Shown: piece by piece, positions 26,570 through 38,845 of the stretch
Position numbering within the stretch: the stretch's first letter is position 1
Layout of the letters: every line of letters begins with the position of its first letter
Assembly (NCBI GenBank): GCA_963514005.1
Contig: OY740797.1
Location: 15,128,001 to 15,192,000, forward strand
Length of the DNA: 64,000 nt
Reading direction: 5' to 3'
Source: Raja brachyura
Lineage: Eukaryota
Notes under the pieces: generated by a model
The model's database searches: none
Seen by the model: only the letters and a program-made list of their open reading frames with translations
Told to the model about the DNA's origin: nothing
Program-made: the position numbers and the translations under genes

Positions 26570-26812
26570 GAGTTTAGTTTAGAGATACAGTGCGGAAACA
26601 GGCCCTTCGGACCACTGAGTCCGCGCCGACCAGCGATCCCCGTACACTAGCACTATCCTGCACACGAGGGACAATTTACAGAAGCCAATTAACCAACAAA
26701 CTTGCACGTGGGAGGAAACCAGAACACCCGGGGAAAACCCATGCAGTCACGGGGAGAATGTACAAACTCCGTACAAACAGCACCCGTAGTCAGGATCGGA
26801 CCCGGGTCTGTG
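26570..26812 (-). mobile_element. V-SINE (HE1-like)
   Basis: Reverse complement of the SINE consensus. Confidence 0.8.
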
Positions 26813-27250
26813 GAGCAGCAAGGTGTGTCGCCCCTGAGAGAGTGATTCTCACAGGAGAGAGAAGAATTTCTTCAACCTTAAGTGCCTTCATACATTCTTC
26901 ACAGATATGTCTGCAACAGCACTCTCTTTTGAAGTGGTGCATGTGAAGTAAATACTTGAGCATGCAAACAGAGTTTAAAATCATTTTTAAATTGTCCATC
27001 TTTCACAGCTTGCGACATTACTGAAGGTTATAATTGGACACTGGCAACATAACCAGGCAATGACTGATCATTCCATTACAACACATGAAAGCTGTATTGA
27101 ACACGTGATGTGTTGTCATTAGGACAGCGTCATTATCTATCGCTGGCTGATATTAGAAATTAATTGGTTGTTGAGGAAAAAACATTAGAACAGACTATCC
27201 CAATTCTCTTTTTATGTAGAATTGTAGCGTGGGGAAGAAAGAGGACATAC

Positions 27251-27382
27251 CATGACACCTTTTATCCAACCAAACCGGACAGGCTCGACTGGAACCTTGT
27301 CATCGTTCATTTGTCCCTCTCCTTTGCCAAGTTCATCATGTGTTTTGCTTTCATACGAAGGAGGGGAATGTTGTTCTGTATC
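27251..27382 (-). CDS. SLC12A3: SLC12A3 exon 2
   Basis: DTEQHSPPSYESKTHDELGKGEGQMNDDKVPVEPVRFGWIKGVM; CAG/GTATGT; 132 nt. Confidence 0.92.
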
Positions 27383-27487
27383 CTGGAAGGCAATGGAATC
27401 ATTTCAATCATTTATCAATCTGCGCACATCAGGTAGTAGAATGAGTGAACTCATGCACATAATTATGATTACACCTTATTACATATT

Positions 27488-27950
27488 TAGAGTCACAGAG
27501 TGGTACATTGTGGAAACAGGGCCTTCAGCCCCGACTTGCCCACACTGCCAACATGTCCCAGCTACACTAGTCCCACCTGCCTGCATTTGGTACATATCCC
27601 TCCAAACCTGTCCTATCCATGTACCTGTCTAACTGTTTCTTAAACATTGGGATAGTCCCAGCCTCAACCACCTCCTCTGGCAGCTTGTTCCATACACCCA
27701 CCACCCTTTGTGTGAAGAAATTACCCCTCAGATTCCTATTAAATATTTTCCCCTTCACCTTAAACCTATATCCTCTGGTCCACGATTCACCTACTCTGGG
27801 CAAACGAATCTGTGCACCCACCCGATCTATTCCTCTCGTGATCTTATACACCTCTATACGATCACCCCTCATCCTCCTGCGCCCCAAGGCAGAGAGTCCC
27901 AGCTTACTCAACCTCTGCCTATAGCTCAGACCCTCTAGTCCTGGCAACAT
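27488..27950 (-). mobile_element. CR1 LINE 3' fragment
   Basis: MLPGLEGLSYRQRL...FFTQRVVGVWNKLPEEVVEAGT. Confidence 0.87.
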
Positions 27951-28504
27951 CAAAGGACTAGTTTCAACATCTTTGTAACAAAAAACTGCATGTTCAAAAT
28001 GTGATATAATCTCCAAATACTCTTCAGAGTATTGTCTAAAATATTAGCCTGCTGATTCTCTTTTCAAATACTCCTAAACCTACCATGTACTTAAAATGTT
28101 TCATAGTTTTATTTTGATCTATTTTAGACAACTCCATTGTACCAGACTGCACACCATTTACAGGGCAGCATCTAATTTAGAACTGCACGCTATTCCGTTC
28201 CAAAGAAGATATCATGAGACAACCTCCAGCCAAGCTTATGCCCACGGCTGACCTCAAGTTGATCCTTCTGAGCAGGGTAATGACTAATACATTTAATATT
28301 TTGTAAGTTCACTCAAGATTCATCTTAGCCCCCTGCCAGTGGTTGGGTAACTATTTCTTTGCATCCTCGTCAAAGATCATCAGATCCCCATGTACCCAGA
28401 GTCTCTATCCTTTCATGGGATGGCCACCACAATTTTACACGTGTGCCAAAAGGCATTGAAAATCGTGCTCACTACTTATCCTTCACTTGTACTAGTTCAT
28501 TCTG

Positions 28505-29246
28505 AATCTGAATGGTGGCAGATTAGGCAAAGGGGAGATGCAACGAGACCTGGGTGTCATGGTACACCAGTCATTGAAAGTAGGCATGCAGGTGCAGCAG
28601 GCAGTGAAGAAAGCAAATGGTATGTTAGCATTCATAGCAAAAGGATTTGAGTATAGGAGCAGGGAGGTTCTACTGCAGTTGTACAGGATTTTGGTGAGGC
28701 CACACCTGGAGTATTGCGTACAGTTTTGGTCTCCAAATCTGAGGAAAGACATTCTTGCCATAGAGGGGGTACAGAGAAGGTTCACCAGACTGATTCCTGG
28801 GATGTCAGGACTTTCATATGAGGAAAGACTGGATAGACTCGGCTTGTACTCGCTGGAATTTAGAAGATTGAGGGGGGATCTTATAGAAACTTACAAAATT
28901 CTTAAGGGGTTGGACAAGCTGGAAGATTGTTCCCGATGTTGGGGGAGTCCAGAACAAGGGGTCACAGTCTAAGGATAAGGGGGAATTCCTTTAGGACCGA
29001 GATGAGGAAAACATTATTTACACAGAGGGTGGTGAGTCTCTGGAATTCTCTGCCACAGAAGGTAGTTGAGGCCAGTTCATTGGCTATATTTAAGAGGTGG
29101 CACTTGTGGCTAAAGGGATCAGGGGGTATGGAGAGAAGGCAGGTACGGGATACTGAGTTGGATGATCAGCCATGATCACATTGAATGGCGGTGCAGGCTC
29201 AAAGGGCCGAATGGCCTTCTCCTGCACCTATTTTTCTATGTTTCTA
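28505..29246 (+). mobile_element. CR1 LINE 3' fragment
   Basis: RDLGV...LVRPHLEYCVQFWSP...LGLYSLEFRRLRGDLIETYKIL, 3' UTR and TTTCTATG tail. Confidence 0.9.
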
Positions 29247-29832
29247 TCCCTTGTCATTCTACGCCTAGTTTTTAAATCAACTTTGGGCTTACATGGAGTT
29301 CCAACAACTGCACTTGGAAATTGACTATTTGCCCCACCGAATCCATGCTGTCCATCAAACACCCATCCACACTTACAGTGATCTCATTTTTATTCTTCCC
29401 AGGTTCCCCTCAATTCCTCCAAGATTTGACCACTCCTTTACACACTTGGGAAATTGACAACATCGACTTAACTTACCAAGCCGTGCACCTTTGGGATGTG
29501 GGAAGAAATAAGAGCATCCTCAGTAAACCCATGAGATCCCTAGAAGAATGTGCAAACTCCACACAACACTGGAGACAAGAATTGAATCTGGCTCGATGGA
29601 ATCATTAGGCAGGAGCTCTATTAACTGCCCCACAGTGCCACTATTTCTAATCAAATTCGTAAGTTTATGGCTGAGTCCCCTCAACACCCCAAAAAGACGG
29701 GTCTTATCTGTCTCTGATTACGATTCCTATGGAAGGTTATTCCTGTGATTCTCATGTATTAAACGTCTGATGAATGTTCCGATACTTCTAATCTTCTATT
29801 TCCTTCCATCCCATTGAGCATATAGTTAATTT

Positions 29833-31940
29833 CATAGAAACATAGAAAAATAGGTGCAGGAGTAGGCCATTCGGCCCTTTGAGTCAGCACCACCATACAA
29901 CATGATCATGGCTGATCATCTAAAATCAGTACCCCATTCCTGTTTTTTCCCATATCCCTCGATTCCTTTAGCCCTAAGAGCTAAACTTAACTCCCCTTTG
30001 AAAACATCAATGAATTGGCCTCCACTGCCCCCTGTGGCAGAGATTTGCATAGATTCACAACTTGGGTGAAAAAGTTTTTCCTCATTTCAGTCCTAAATGG
30101 CTGATCCCTTATTCTTAAACTGTGACCCCTGGTCTGGACTCCCCCAACGTCGGGAACATTTTTCCCACATCTAGCCTGTCCAATCCTTCAAGAATTTTAT
30201 ATGTATCTATAAGATCTCCCTCATCCTTCTAAATTCCAATGAATACGCCATTCTTTCCTCATATGTCAGCCCCGCCATCCCGGGAATTAAACTGGTGAAC
30301 CTACACTGTACTCCCTCAATAGGAATAATGTCCATCCTCAAATTAACAGGCCAAATTTGCACACAATACTCCAGGTGCGGGCTCACCAGGGCCCTGTACA
30401 ACTGCAGTAGGTCCTCCTTGCTCCTAAACTCAAATCCTCTAACAATGAACGCCAACATGCCATTAGCTTTCTTCACTGCCTGCTGTACCTGCCTGCTCAC
30501 TTTCAGTGACTGATGTACAAGCACACCCAAGTCTCGTTGCACCTCCCTTTTTCCTAATCTGACACCATTCAGATAATAATCTGCCTTCTTGCTTTTGCCA
30601 CCAAAGTGGATAACCTCACATTTATCCATGTTATACTGCATCTGCCCACTCATCCAACCTATCCAAGTCACACAGTAGCCTCATAGCATCCTCCTCACAG
30701 CTCACACTACCACCCAGCTTTGTGTCATCCGCAAACTTGGAGATGTCACATTTAATTCCCTCGTCAAAATCGTTAATATATATTGTAAATAACAGGTCCC
30801 AGCATCGAGCCTTGCGGCACCCCACTAGTCACTGCCTGCCATTCTGACAAGGACCCGTTAATTCCTACTCTTTGCTTCCTGTCTGCCAACCAGTTCTCTA
30901 TCCATGTCAATACCCTACCAACAATATAATGTGCTCTAATTTTGCACACTAATCTCTTGTGTAGGACCTTGTCAAAGGCTTTTTGAAAGTCCAGATACAC
31001 CACATCCACTGGCTCTCCATTAACCATTCTACTTGTTGCATCCTCAAAAAATTCCAGATTAGTCAAGCCTGATTTCCTCTTCATAAATCCATGCTGACTG
31101 TGATCGATCCTGTCACTGCTTTTCCAAATGCGATGCCATAACATCTTTAACAATCGGTCTATAATTCTGTTTTCTCTCTCCCTCCTTTCTTAAAAAGTGG
31201 AGTTACATTGGCTACCCTCCAGTCCACAGAAACTGATCCAGAGTCCAGAGAACATTGGAAAATGATCACCAATGCATCCATGATTTCTAGGGCCACTTCC
31301 TTAAGTACTCTGGGATGCAGACCATCAGGCCCCATGGATTTATCTGCCTTTAGTCCCAACAGTTTACCTAACACCATTTCCTGACTAATATGGATTCCCT
31401 TCAGTTACTCCCTCCCACTAGATCCTCGGTCCCCGAGTATTTCTGGGAGATTGTTTGTGTCTTCCTTAGTGAAGACAGAACCAAAATACTTGTTTAACTG
31501 GTGTGCCATTTCCTTGTTTCCCATTATAAATTCACCTGTCTCTGATTGTAAGGGACCTACATTTATCTTCACTAATCTTTTCCTTTTTACATATCTAAAG
31601 AAGCTTTTACAATCAGGTTTTATGTTCCCTGCAAGCTTTCTTTCATGCTCTTTTTTTCCCCCCTCTTAATTAACACCTTGGTCCTCCTCTGTTGAGTTCT
31701 AAATTTCTCCCAGTCCTCTGGTTTGCTGCTTCCTTTGGCCAATTTATATGCCTCTTCCTTGGATTTAATACTAGCCTTAATTTTCCTCGTTAGCTGCGGT
31801 TGAGCCGCCTTCCCCGCTTTATTTTTTCGCCAGACGGGGATGAACAGTTTTTGGAGTTCATCCATGCGATCTTTAAATCTTTGCCATTGCATCTCCACCG
31901 TCAACCCAAGTATCATTTGCCAGTCTATCCTAGCCATTCT
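29833..31940 (-). mobile_element. Long CR1 LINE ORF2 fragment (reverse transcriptase), frameshifted
   Basis: KSMGPDGLHPRVLKE, QHGF, YLDFQKAFDKV, SGVPQGSMLGP, KFADDTKL, PHLEYCVQ motifs in order. Confidence 0.92.
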
Positions 31941-32121
31941 TTCCCATTTTAAGATTATTTTATTCTTTTTAAACTATATATATTTTACCTACCCTTTCTG
32001 TGTAGCATTTTTGTAGCAAACTGCAAGCATTTTTTTTTCCTAATCAGTCTCAATCTTCTTTAGGGAGATAAATGTTTTACTTTGCTCCATTTCTTTCAAA
32101 AAACAGCACCCAAAATGTTAG

Positions 32122-32361
32122 GATCGAAAATGCTGGAGAAACTCAGCGGATGAGGCAGCATCTATGGAGCGATGGAATAGGTGACGTTTCGGGTCAAGAC
32201 CCTTCTTCAGACTGATGTGGGGGTGGGAGCGGGAAGAAGAAAGGAGGCGGAGACAGTAGGCTGTGAGAGAGCTGGGAAGGGGAGGGGAAGGAGGGAGAGA
32301 GCAAGGACTACCTGAAACTGAAATTGGAGAAGTCATTGTTCATACCACTGGGGTGTAAACT
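32122..32361 (-). mobile_element. Penelope-like 3' fragment with intact minimal HHR core and TSD
   Basis: CTGAAGA-A-GGGTCTTGACCC-GAAAC-GTC at 32210-32183; flanked by ACCCAAAAT(G/T)TTAG at 32108-32121 and 32362-32375. Confidence 0.75.
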
Positions 32362-32637
32362 ACCCAAAATTTTAGAATCTGATGTTAATTAAATGCTAGC
32401 TACTAAATGGGAGTGGTTCTTCTCAACCTTTGGCATTAATCATTAAAAAAAATTGGTAGTCAGAAAATCATCCTAAATTATATTTTAAGCAGTGACCACC
32501 CTTGGATAGTAGCTGAATGTTAGCACCTGGATATCTTGAGCTGGTCAGGAAAACTGGAAAATTTGACCAGTGAAATCTGGGCATCTGCACCATTGGAAAT
32601 GGAACTTGTCAATAGATTTGGGGATCTGCTTCTGATG

Positions 32638-33500
32638 AAAGACACAAAATGCTGAAGTAACTCAGACGGCATCTCTGGAGAAAAGGAGTAGGTGACGTTT
32701 CGTGTCGAGACCCTTCTTCAGACTGAGAGTCAAGGGAATGGGAAATGAGAGGTGTAGACGGTGATATCGAAAGATATAGAACAAATGAGTGAAAGATCTG
32801 TAAAAAAGTAACGATGACAAAGGAAGATCGTTGTTAGCTGTGGGCTAGGTGAAAACGAGTTACAGACAATGAGTCTCAACAAGCCGACTTTGAGACTAGT
32901 ACAATGACTTGGGTTGGGGTGGGATGGAAAGAGAGAAGGGATGCAAGGGTTATTTGAAGTTAGAGAAATCAATATTCATACCGATGGGTTGTAAGCTGCC
33001 CATGCAAAATATGAGGTGCTGTTCCTCCAATTTGTACATGGCCTCACTCTGACAATGGAGGAGGCCTAGGGCAGAACGGTCAGTGTGGGAATGGGAAGGG
33101 GGGTTAAAGTGTTTGGCAACTGGGAGTTCAGGTGGGCCCAGGTGGACTGAGCAAAGGTGTTCAGCGAAACGATCGGCCAGTCTATGTTTGGTCTCGCCAA
33201 TGTCTTAGAGTCCACACCTTGAACAATAGATACAGTGGACGAGGGTGGAGGAAGTGTAAGTGAACCTCTGGCTAACCTGAAAAGACTGCTGGGGTCCCTA
33301 GACAGAGTCGAGGGAGGAGGTATAGGGACAGGCATCTCCTGCGGTTGCAGGGGAAGGTACCTAAGGAGGGGGTGGTTTGGGTGGAAAGGGATGAGATAAC
33401 CAGGGAGTTGCGGAGGGAACGGTCTCTGTGGAAGGCAGAATGGGATGGGGATGGGAAGATTTGACTAGTGGTGGGATCACGTTGCAGGTGGCGGAAAAGT
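32638..33500 (-). mobile_element. Penelope-like element (Neptune-type) 3' fragment: Cys linker, GIY-YIG endonuclease, pLTR with HHR
   Basis: Translates GTFPCNRRRC...GPQQSFQVSQRFTYTSSTLVHCIYCSRCGL*DIGETKHRLADRFAEHL...VAKHFN...KLEEQHLIFCMGSLQPIGMNIDF; HHR core at 32721-32694. Confidence 0.85.
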
Positions 33501-33685
33501 CTGATGTTTGGAAGGTTAATGTTTGTTTAAAGTATTTGGGGTTTATATAACTATATTTTAAGAAAGAAGACTATTGTGTCCAAAGACTCTGAAGGGGAAA
33601 ACATTTTAAGATAACAATAAATATAAAAATGAAAAAATAGATTGCATGTGAGAAGTTTGAAAAGCATATTATTTACCATAATATA

Positions 33686-33870
33686 GACATAAAGTGCTGG
33701 AGCAACTACGCAGGTCAGGTAGCATCTCCAGAGGAAAAGAATGGGTCTGAAGAAGTGTCTCGACCTGAAACATCACCCACTCTTTTTCTCCAGAAATGCC
33801 TGACCCGCTGAGTTACCCCAGCACTTTGTGTCCACAGTATAAATCAGCAACTGCTGTTCCTTCCTACACA
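33686..33870 (+). mobile_element. Fold-back Penelope-like mini-element centred on an HHR core
   Basis: Inverted arms 33686-33746 / 33775-33832 around CTGAAGA...GAAACATC; TSD-like TTA(T/C)TTACCA(T/G)AAT at 33669-33682 and 33872-33885. Confidence 0.72.
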
Positions 33871-34022
33871 CTTACTTACCAGAATTTTAGTTTCTCAAAT
33901 AAAAAGTCGGACCGTTTTGAAGAACACCATGTGGTGTGTGATTTAATTATCTACACTGATTCGAATCAGGTCAAGTTAAAAGTGATTTTGGGGAGAGCAC
34001 GGGTCATTGTGGAATCTCTTAC

Positions 34023-34331
34023 CATCATGTAGGAGCGGAGGTCGGCAAGGGTTGGTCTGTTTTTCTTTCCATCTCCCGCTATCTGGGTGTTGGCATAATA
34101 CTCGTGGCTGGGCACTACATCCAGAGTGTTGTAGCCGAACGTCCTCAGGTAAAAGGCGCTGTTTTGGGTCAGGTTGATGGAGCTAAGGCTGCCGTAGGTG
34201 AGATCAGGTTGGCAGTAGATGTTCATGGTGTCTTCCTCATTGCTAATCTGGGTACTGATGGTGAACCTGCCGTGGGAGATGGCTTTGACTCCCGAGCTGA
34301 CATCCTGCACAGAGCTTGTGGGATCTGCCAT
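34023..34331 (-). CDS. SLC12A3: SLC12A3 exon 1 (start codon), Na-Cl cotransporter NCC
   Basis: MADPTSS...GRFTIST...FYLRTFGYNTLDVVPSHEYYANT...RPTLADLRSYMM; donor GTAAGA; 309 nt coding. Confidence 0.95.
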
Positions 34332-34387
34332 TGTGTAGGTTCACAGCAGATGAGAAAATAATGATAGCTGAAGCTTAACAGCAGGGC

Positions 34388-34394
34388 TTTTATA
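34388..34394 (-). promoter_or_regulatory. Probable TATA box of SLC12A3
   Basis: TATAAAA about 57 nt upstream of the ATG on the minus strand. Confidence 0.6.
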
Positions 34395-35032
34395 TGAGAG
34401 CAATCTCGAGCAACAGTGACAGGAAGTGGTGGCAGTAAATTAAACCGACAACCACCCCAGGGCAGTAGTAACTGGAGAATAGTTTATTATAAAGGTCAAC
34501 AGAAATCTTGGTTCATTTTGATTTTTAAAAAACGCACACACACACACATATATATACCTCACCTAGAGAACCAATGATGGGAGGCCAGAATTTAAACTTG
34601 TTCAAACTACTCTGAATGAGGGTAATTTATATACAACACAGTGGACTACAAAACCAGCTTCAGGAGAAACCCAGAGGTGACCCTATGAGTCCTTGAATAT
34701 AATAGGCTTGGCAAAAATTGTTTTGGGAGGCATGGCGAGACGATAAAAAATGAAGCCAGGTGGAGGATTGAGAGGGGCAAGAATTATGTTGATGCAAAAG
34801 GGAAGAAGCCTCTACTATAGGGATCCCAAAATATATCTTCAGTTAACCCCAATGGGCTTTTCAGCCAATGAGGTAAATATCTAATTTTGGGAAGTTATTT
34901 TTGAATCCAGAAGAGATCAATTTCTAAATCCAGTTTTGTGTTTTGCCAACATGAAGTGCATTTGCTTTTACTTTGACACAAGCTTGACCCTTGATGGCAA
35001 AGCCAAGACTTTAACTTGTATGTGTTCAATTG

Positions 35033-35330
35033 TGCGACACGGTGGCGCAGCGGTAGAGTTGCTGCCTTACAACGCCAGGGACCCGGGTTCGATCCTGCCT
35101 ACGGGTACTTGTCTGTACGGAGTTTTGTATGCTCTGCCCGTTACCTGCGTGGGTTTTCTCTAGGATCTCCAGTTTCCTCCCATACTCCGAACACGTACAG
35201 GTTAGTAGGTTATAATTGGCTTTGGTAAAAATTGTAAATTGTTCATGGTGTGTTGGATAGTGTTAGCGTACGGGGATCACTGGTCAGCACGGACTCAGTG
35301 GGCCAAAGGGCCCGTTTTCACGCTGTATCT
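35033..35330 (+). mobile_element. V-SINE (HE1-like)
   Basis: ACGGTGGCGCAGCGGTAGAG head, GGTTCGATCC B box. Confidence 0.85.
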
Positions 35331-37528
35331 TACCACTACATTAATTAGTAGATAACCTTCCTGCACTTACTCAATTGAACGGGACTATTCAAAGTCATCA
35401 CACAATTGTGGCAACACTTGGCCAATTAAGCAAGTCGCAATAGATTGACTTTGAAATCCATAAAGCCATTATGGGTGCTTGTAAAACAGCATCCAATATG
35501 ACCACTTCCCATTTTGCTATTCTTTCTCTCATTTAATTCATTTAAAATTGAGATACCCAATGACATAAACTGTATTCCAGTTCATGCGTTTATTCACAAC
35601 AAATAGGATACCCGAAATTATAATTTTAAAATGTGTAACGATGGAAGGAATCAATTTAATGCCTAGTGTTCTCCAGATGTTATTATGACGGAATCAGACA
35701 GTGTAGAAAGTGTCCCTCGGCCCACCGAGTCCATGCTCACCATAAAGCACTGATTCTATCTCACTCCTTCCACATTCCCAGCAACTCTCCTGAGATTCTA
35801 CTGCTTACTAACGTATTAGAGGTTATTTAGTGGCCAACCCTCCTGTCTTTAGGATATGAGGCATGCAGAACACTTGAAGGAAACCCATGTGTCACAGGAA
35901 TAACATGCTAACTCCACACAGACAAACCTGACTCGGGATTAAATTCAGGTTACTGAAGCTGTGAAGCAGCAGCTCTACTGGCAGTGAGAGCCCTGTGCTG
36001 TCTGCCCTTCTTGTTTAATGCCAGACTTCTTTGTGTAGTGTACTTTCTACATGTAGAAAGGACAGTTAAAAGAGATCAGAGCAAGAACCCCTCAGTTTGT
36101 ATAATAATTGAACTACACCTGAATTGCACAGCAATAAAGTGAAAACAAAATTCTATATCGTGTTTTGGTAAAGCCTGAGCAAGGCATGGATAATTGATTT
36201 TGAGCATTCAATGCCTTTGGGCATTAAAATTTCACATTAAGTGTCAGACAAATTAAGGAGAATGCCAGTGATAATATTTCCAATAACATGGTCATTTAGG
36301 CAACTACTTCCTTCAAGTCTGGGTCACCATGTTCCGGATATATCCGTTTTATATTAAATAGTCGTTCTCCTGCCCCCAACAGAGCCAAGTAAAACTTTTC
36401 CACCTCCAAAGAATTGTTCTACAATATTAACTCAACGTAATCAAATTGATGTGCACCCAATAAAACAATACAATCATAGAATTGTTTTGCGTCAATGTCA
36501 AATCTAAAGTGTTACAATGTTGATGTTATTCAACTTTTACTTGATTGCAGGCAGTGATATATTATTAAAAATACATGAACAGATCATCAGGGTTCATATA
36601 AAAAAGTTTATTGATATCATTTGATAAAAATAAAACAAAAACTGGCTTTCTCTTCATTATATAAAATTCATTTTCACACTTTCAGTATACAAATTTTGCG
36701 TTTAGTAATGCCGACTGTTCCATAAATTGTTTTCAATTTTCTACAAACACATTTAACATTTTCAAAAGTTGGTGCAAAAATAACCATTTTACACAGATAT
36801 AGCGTATATTAATTTGCAATACCCTTTCAAGCATTTAACTTATTTATTTACATACAAATAGGTATAGAGATGAGGGTAGTTTTATGCGGAATGATCTGCA
36901 TAAATGCAGAGAATGAAGATACTTTTTCATAGCATTTCAATCATTCTATTTTAACTGGGATGGAGGAGAGGGGTTGTTGGGTAGAAGGAAATAGGATAGA
37001 AAGAAACATAGTATAGAAATGCCACAATTAACTGGAAACACAATGTACTTGATCCATGGAATCCAAGCGTCTATTTCTGAGAATCTGCCCATTTTGTAGA
37101 TCACGCTTAGCAATTTTAATACCAATGCTGCTATTGTTAGTTGAATCTTCATTTATTTTCCATTACATATCAGCTGATCAGTCACTGTTGTGCTTTTTCC
37201 ATCTCGGCCACTTCCACTTGTAACTTTCCAGAAGATTGAAAGAAGACCAAACAAGTGCTTCTTTCAACCATGCTCTTCAATGTTCCCTCTGTGGGGAAAC
37301 ACGTGCCCTCTGCTCATTACCTTCCAGGTTTGATTTGAAGCGAGCAACCACAATATTCAGACTGTGTGGCGCCTCTGCGGAACAGGGGTGCTTGATATTG
37401 CTTTATAAACGACAAATATGATGAACATACAATTGACTGACGAAGGTGTAGCTATTGTCACTTACCCAAACGTCAGGCGATGCAAGAACATTTCCAAAGC
37501 AGCAGATCTTGCAGTGAAGCCAGTGGTA

Positions 37529-37610
37529 TGATGCAACCCTGGTGTTGTGAAATAGCCGGATCGTAGCAGTTGCTTTTTGCCGGCCTGATTCACAACACCA
37601 GCTGCTGCAC
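37529..37610 (-). ncRNA. MIR138-2: pre-miR-138-2 hairpin
   Basis: Mature 5p AGCTGGTGTTGTGAATCAGGCCG at 37603-37581; 3p arm GCTATTTCACAACACCAGGGTT at 37556-37535; position between NUP93 and SLC12A3. Confidence 0.96.
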
Positions 37611-38019
37611 CAATACCAACCTCTAATCGCCCATGGCACATCAGTCTGTCCAGCATTCTCATGTACGTCCACTGTGGTAGCTATAAAACTGAGTTAAATT
37701 CATTTGTTAATTTACAGAAAAAGGAACTTGTTCTAAATATTTAACTTTATAATCAAAGATGCTTTGACAAATCACTTTTTAAAAATCAGCTGAGTCAAAG
37801 GTAAAAAGTAATGATCACTTCATTGTCTTCATCTTATCGATGCTCATTTTCCTGTTTGATTTAATGGTCTCCAGAATCGATCAGTTTTCTGAAAGTTTTT
37901 CCTTTCACCTAAATGTCTCAAAAGAAATGTACAGCCTTTCCTTCTTCAAGATACAACTGCGGAGGAGTAGCTATGAATTTTACTCTTGCTGTCTCCAAAG
38001 AATGACAACTGTTGGAAAG

Positions 38020-38845
38020 GACATTGGATTTGCAGTATAATATAGATAAATGTGAGGTTATCCACTTTGGCGGCAAAAACAAGGGGGTAGATTATTATCT
38101 CAATGGGGTTAGGTTAGGGGGAGGTGCAGCGAGACCTGGGCGTCCTTGTACACCAGTCACTGAAGGTTGGCGTGCAGGTACAGCAGGCAGTGAAGAAAGC
38201 TAATGGAATGTTGGCCTTCATAACAAGAGGATTTCAGTATAGGAGTAAAGAGGTTCTTCTGCAGTTGTATAGGGCTCTGGTGAGACCACATCTGGAGTAT
38301 TGTGTACAGTTTTGGTCTCCTAATTTGAGGAAGGACATCCTTGTGATTGAGGAAGTGCAGCGTAAGTTCACGAGATTGATCCCTGGGATGGTGGGACTGT
38401 CTTATGAGGAAAAATTGAAAAGACTAGGCTTGTATTCACTGAAGTTTAGAAGGATGAGGGGGAATCTTAAAGAAACATATAAAATTATAAAAGGACTGGG
38501 CACGCTAGATGCAGGAAAAATGTTCCCAATGATGGGCAAGTCCAGAACCAGGGGCCACACTTAGAATAAAGGGGACGCTATTTAAGACTGAGGTGAGAAA
38601 AAACCTTTTCACCCAGAGACTTGTGAATTTGTGAAATACCCATGTCACAGAGGGCAGTGGAGGCCAAGTCACTGGATGGATTTAAGAGAGATAGAGCTCT
38701 AGGGGCTAGTGGAATCAAGAGATGTGGGGAGAAGGCAGGCACAGGTTATTGATTGGGGACGATCAGCCATAATCACAATGAATGGCGGTGCTGGCTCGAA
38801 GGGCCAAATGGCCTCCTTCTTTGCCTATTTTCTATGTTTCTATGT
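38020..38845 (+). mobile_element. CR1 LINE 3' fragment
   Basis: DKCEVIHFG, RDLGV, LVRPHLEYCVQFWSP, 3' UTR and TTTCTATG tail. Confidence 0.9.

Noticed and set aside
34430-34500. Possible HNF1 or nuclear-receptor (AAAGGTCA) sites upstream of SLC12A3
   Set aside because: Matches are partial and too short to support without conservation data
37403-37672. ORFs of 66-89 aa over the miR-138 hairpin
   Set aside because: No homology recognised; the region is explained by the miRNA
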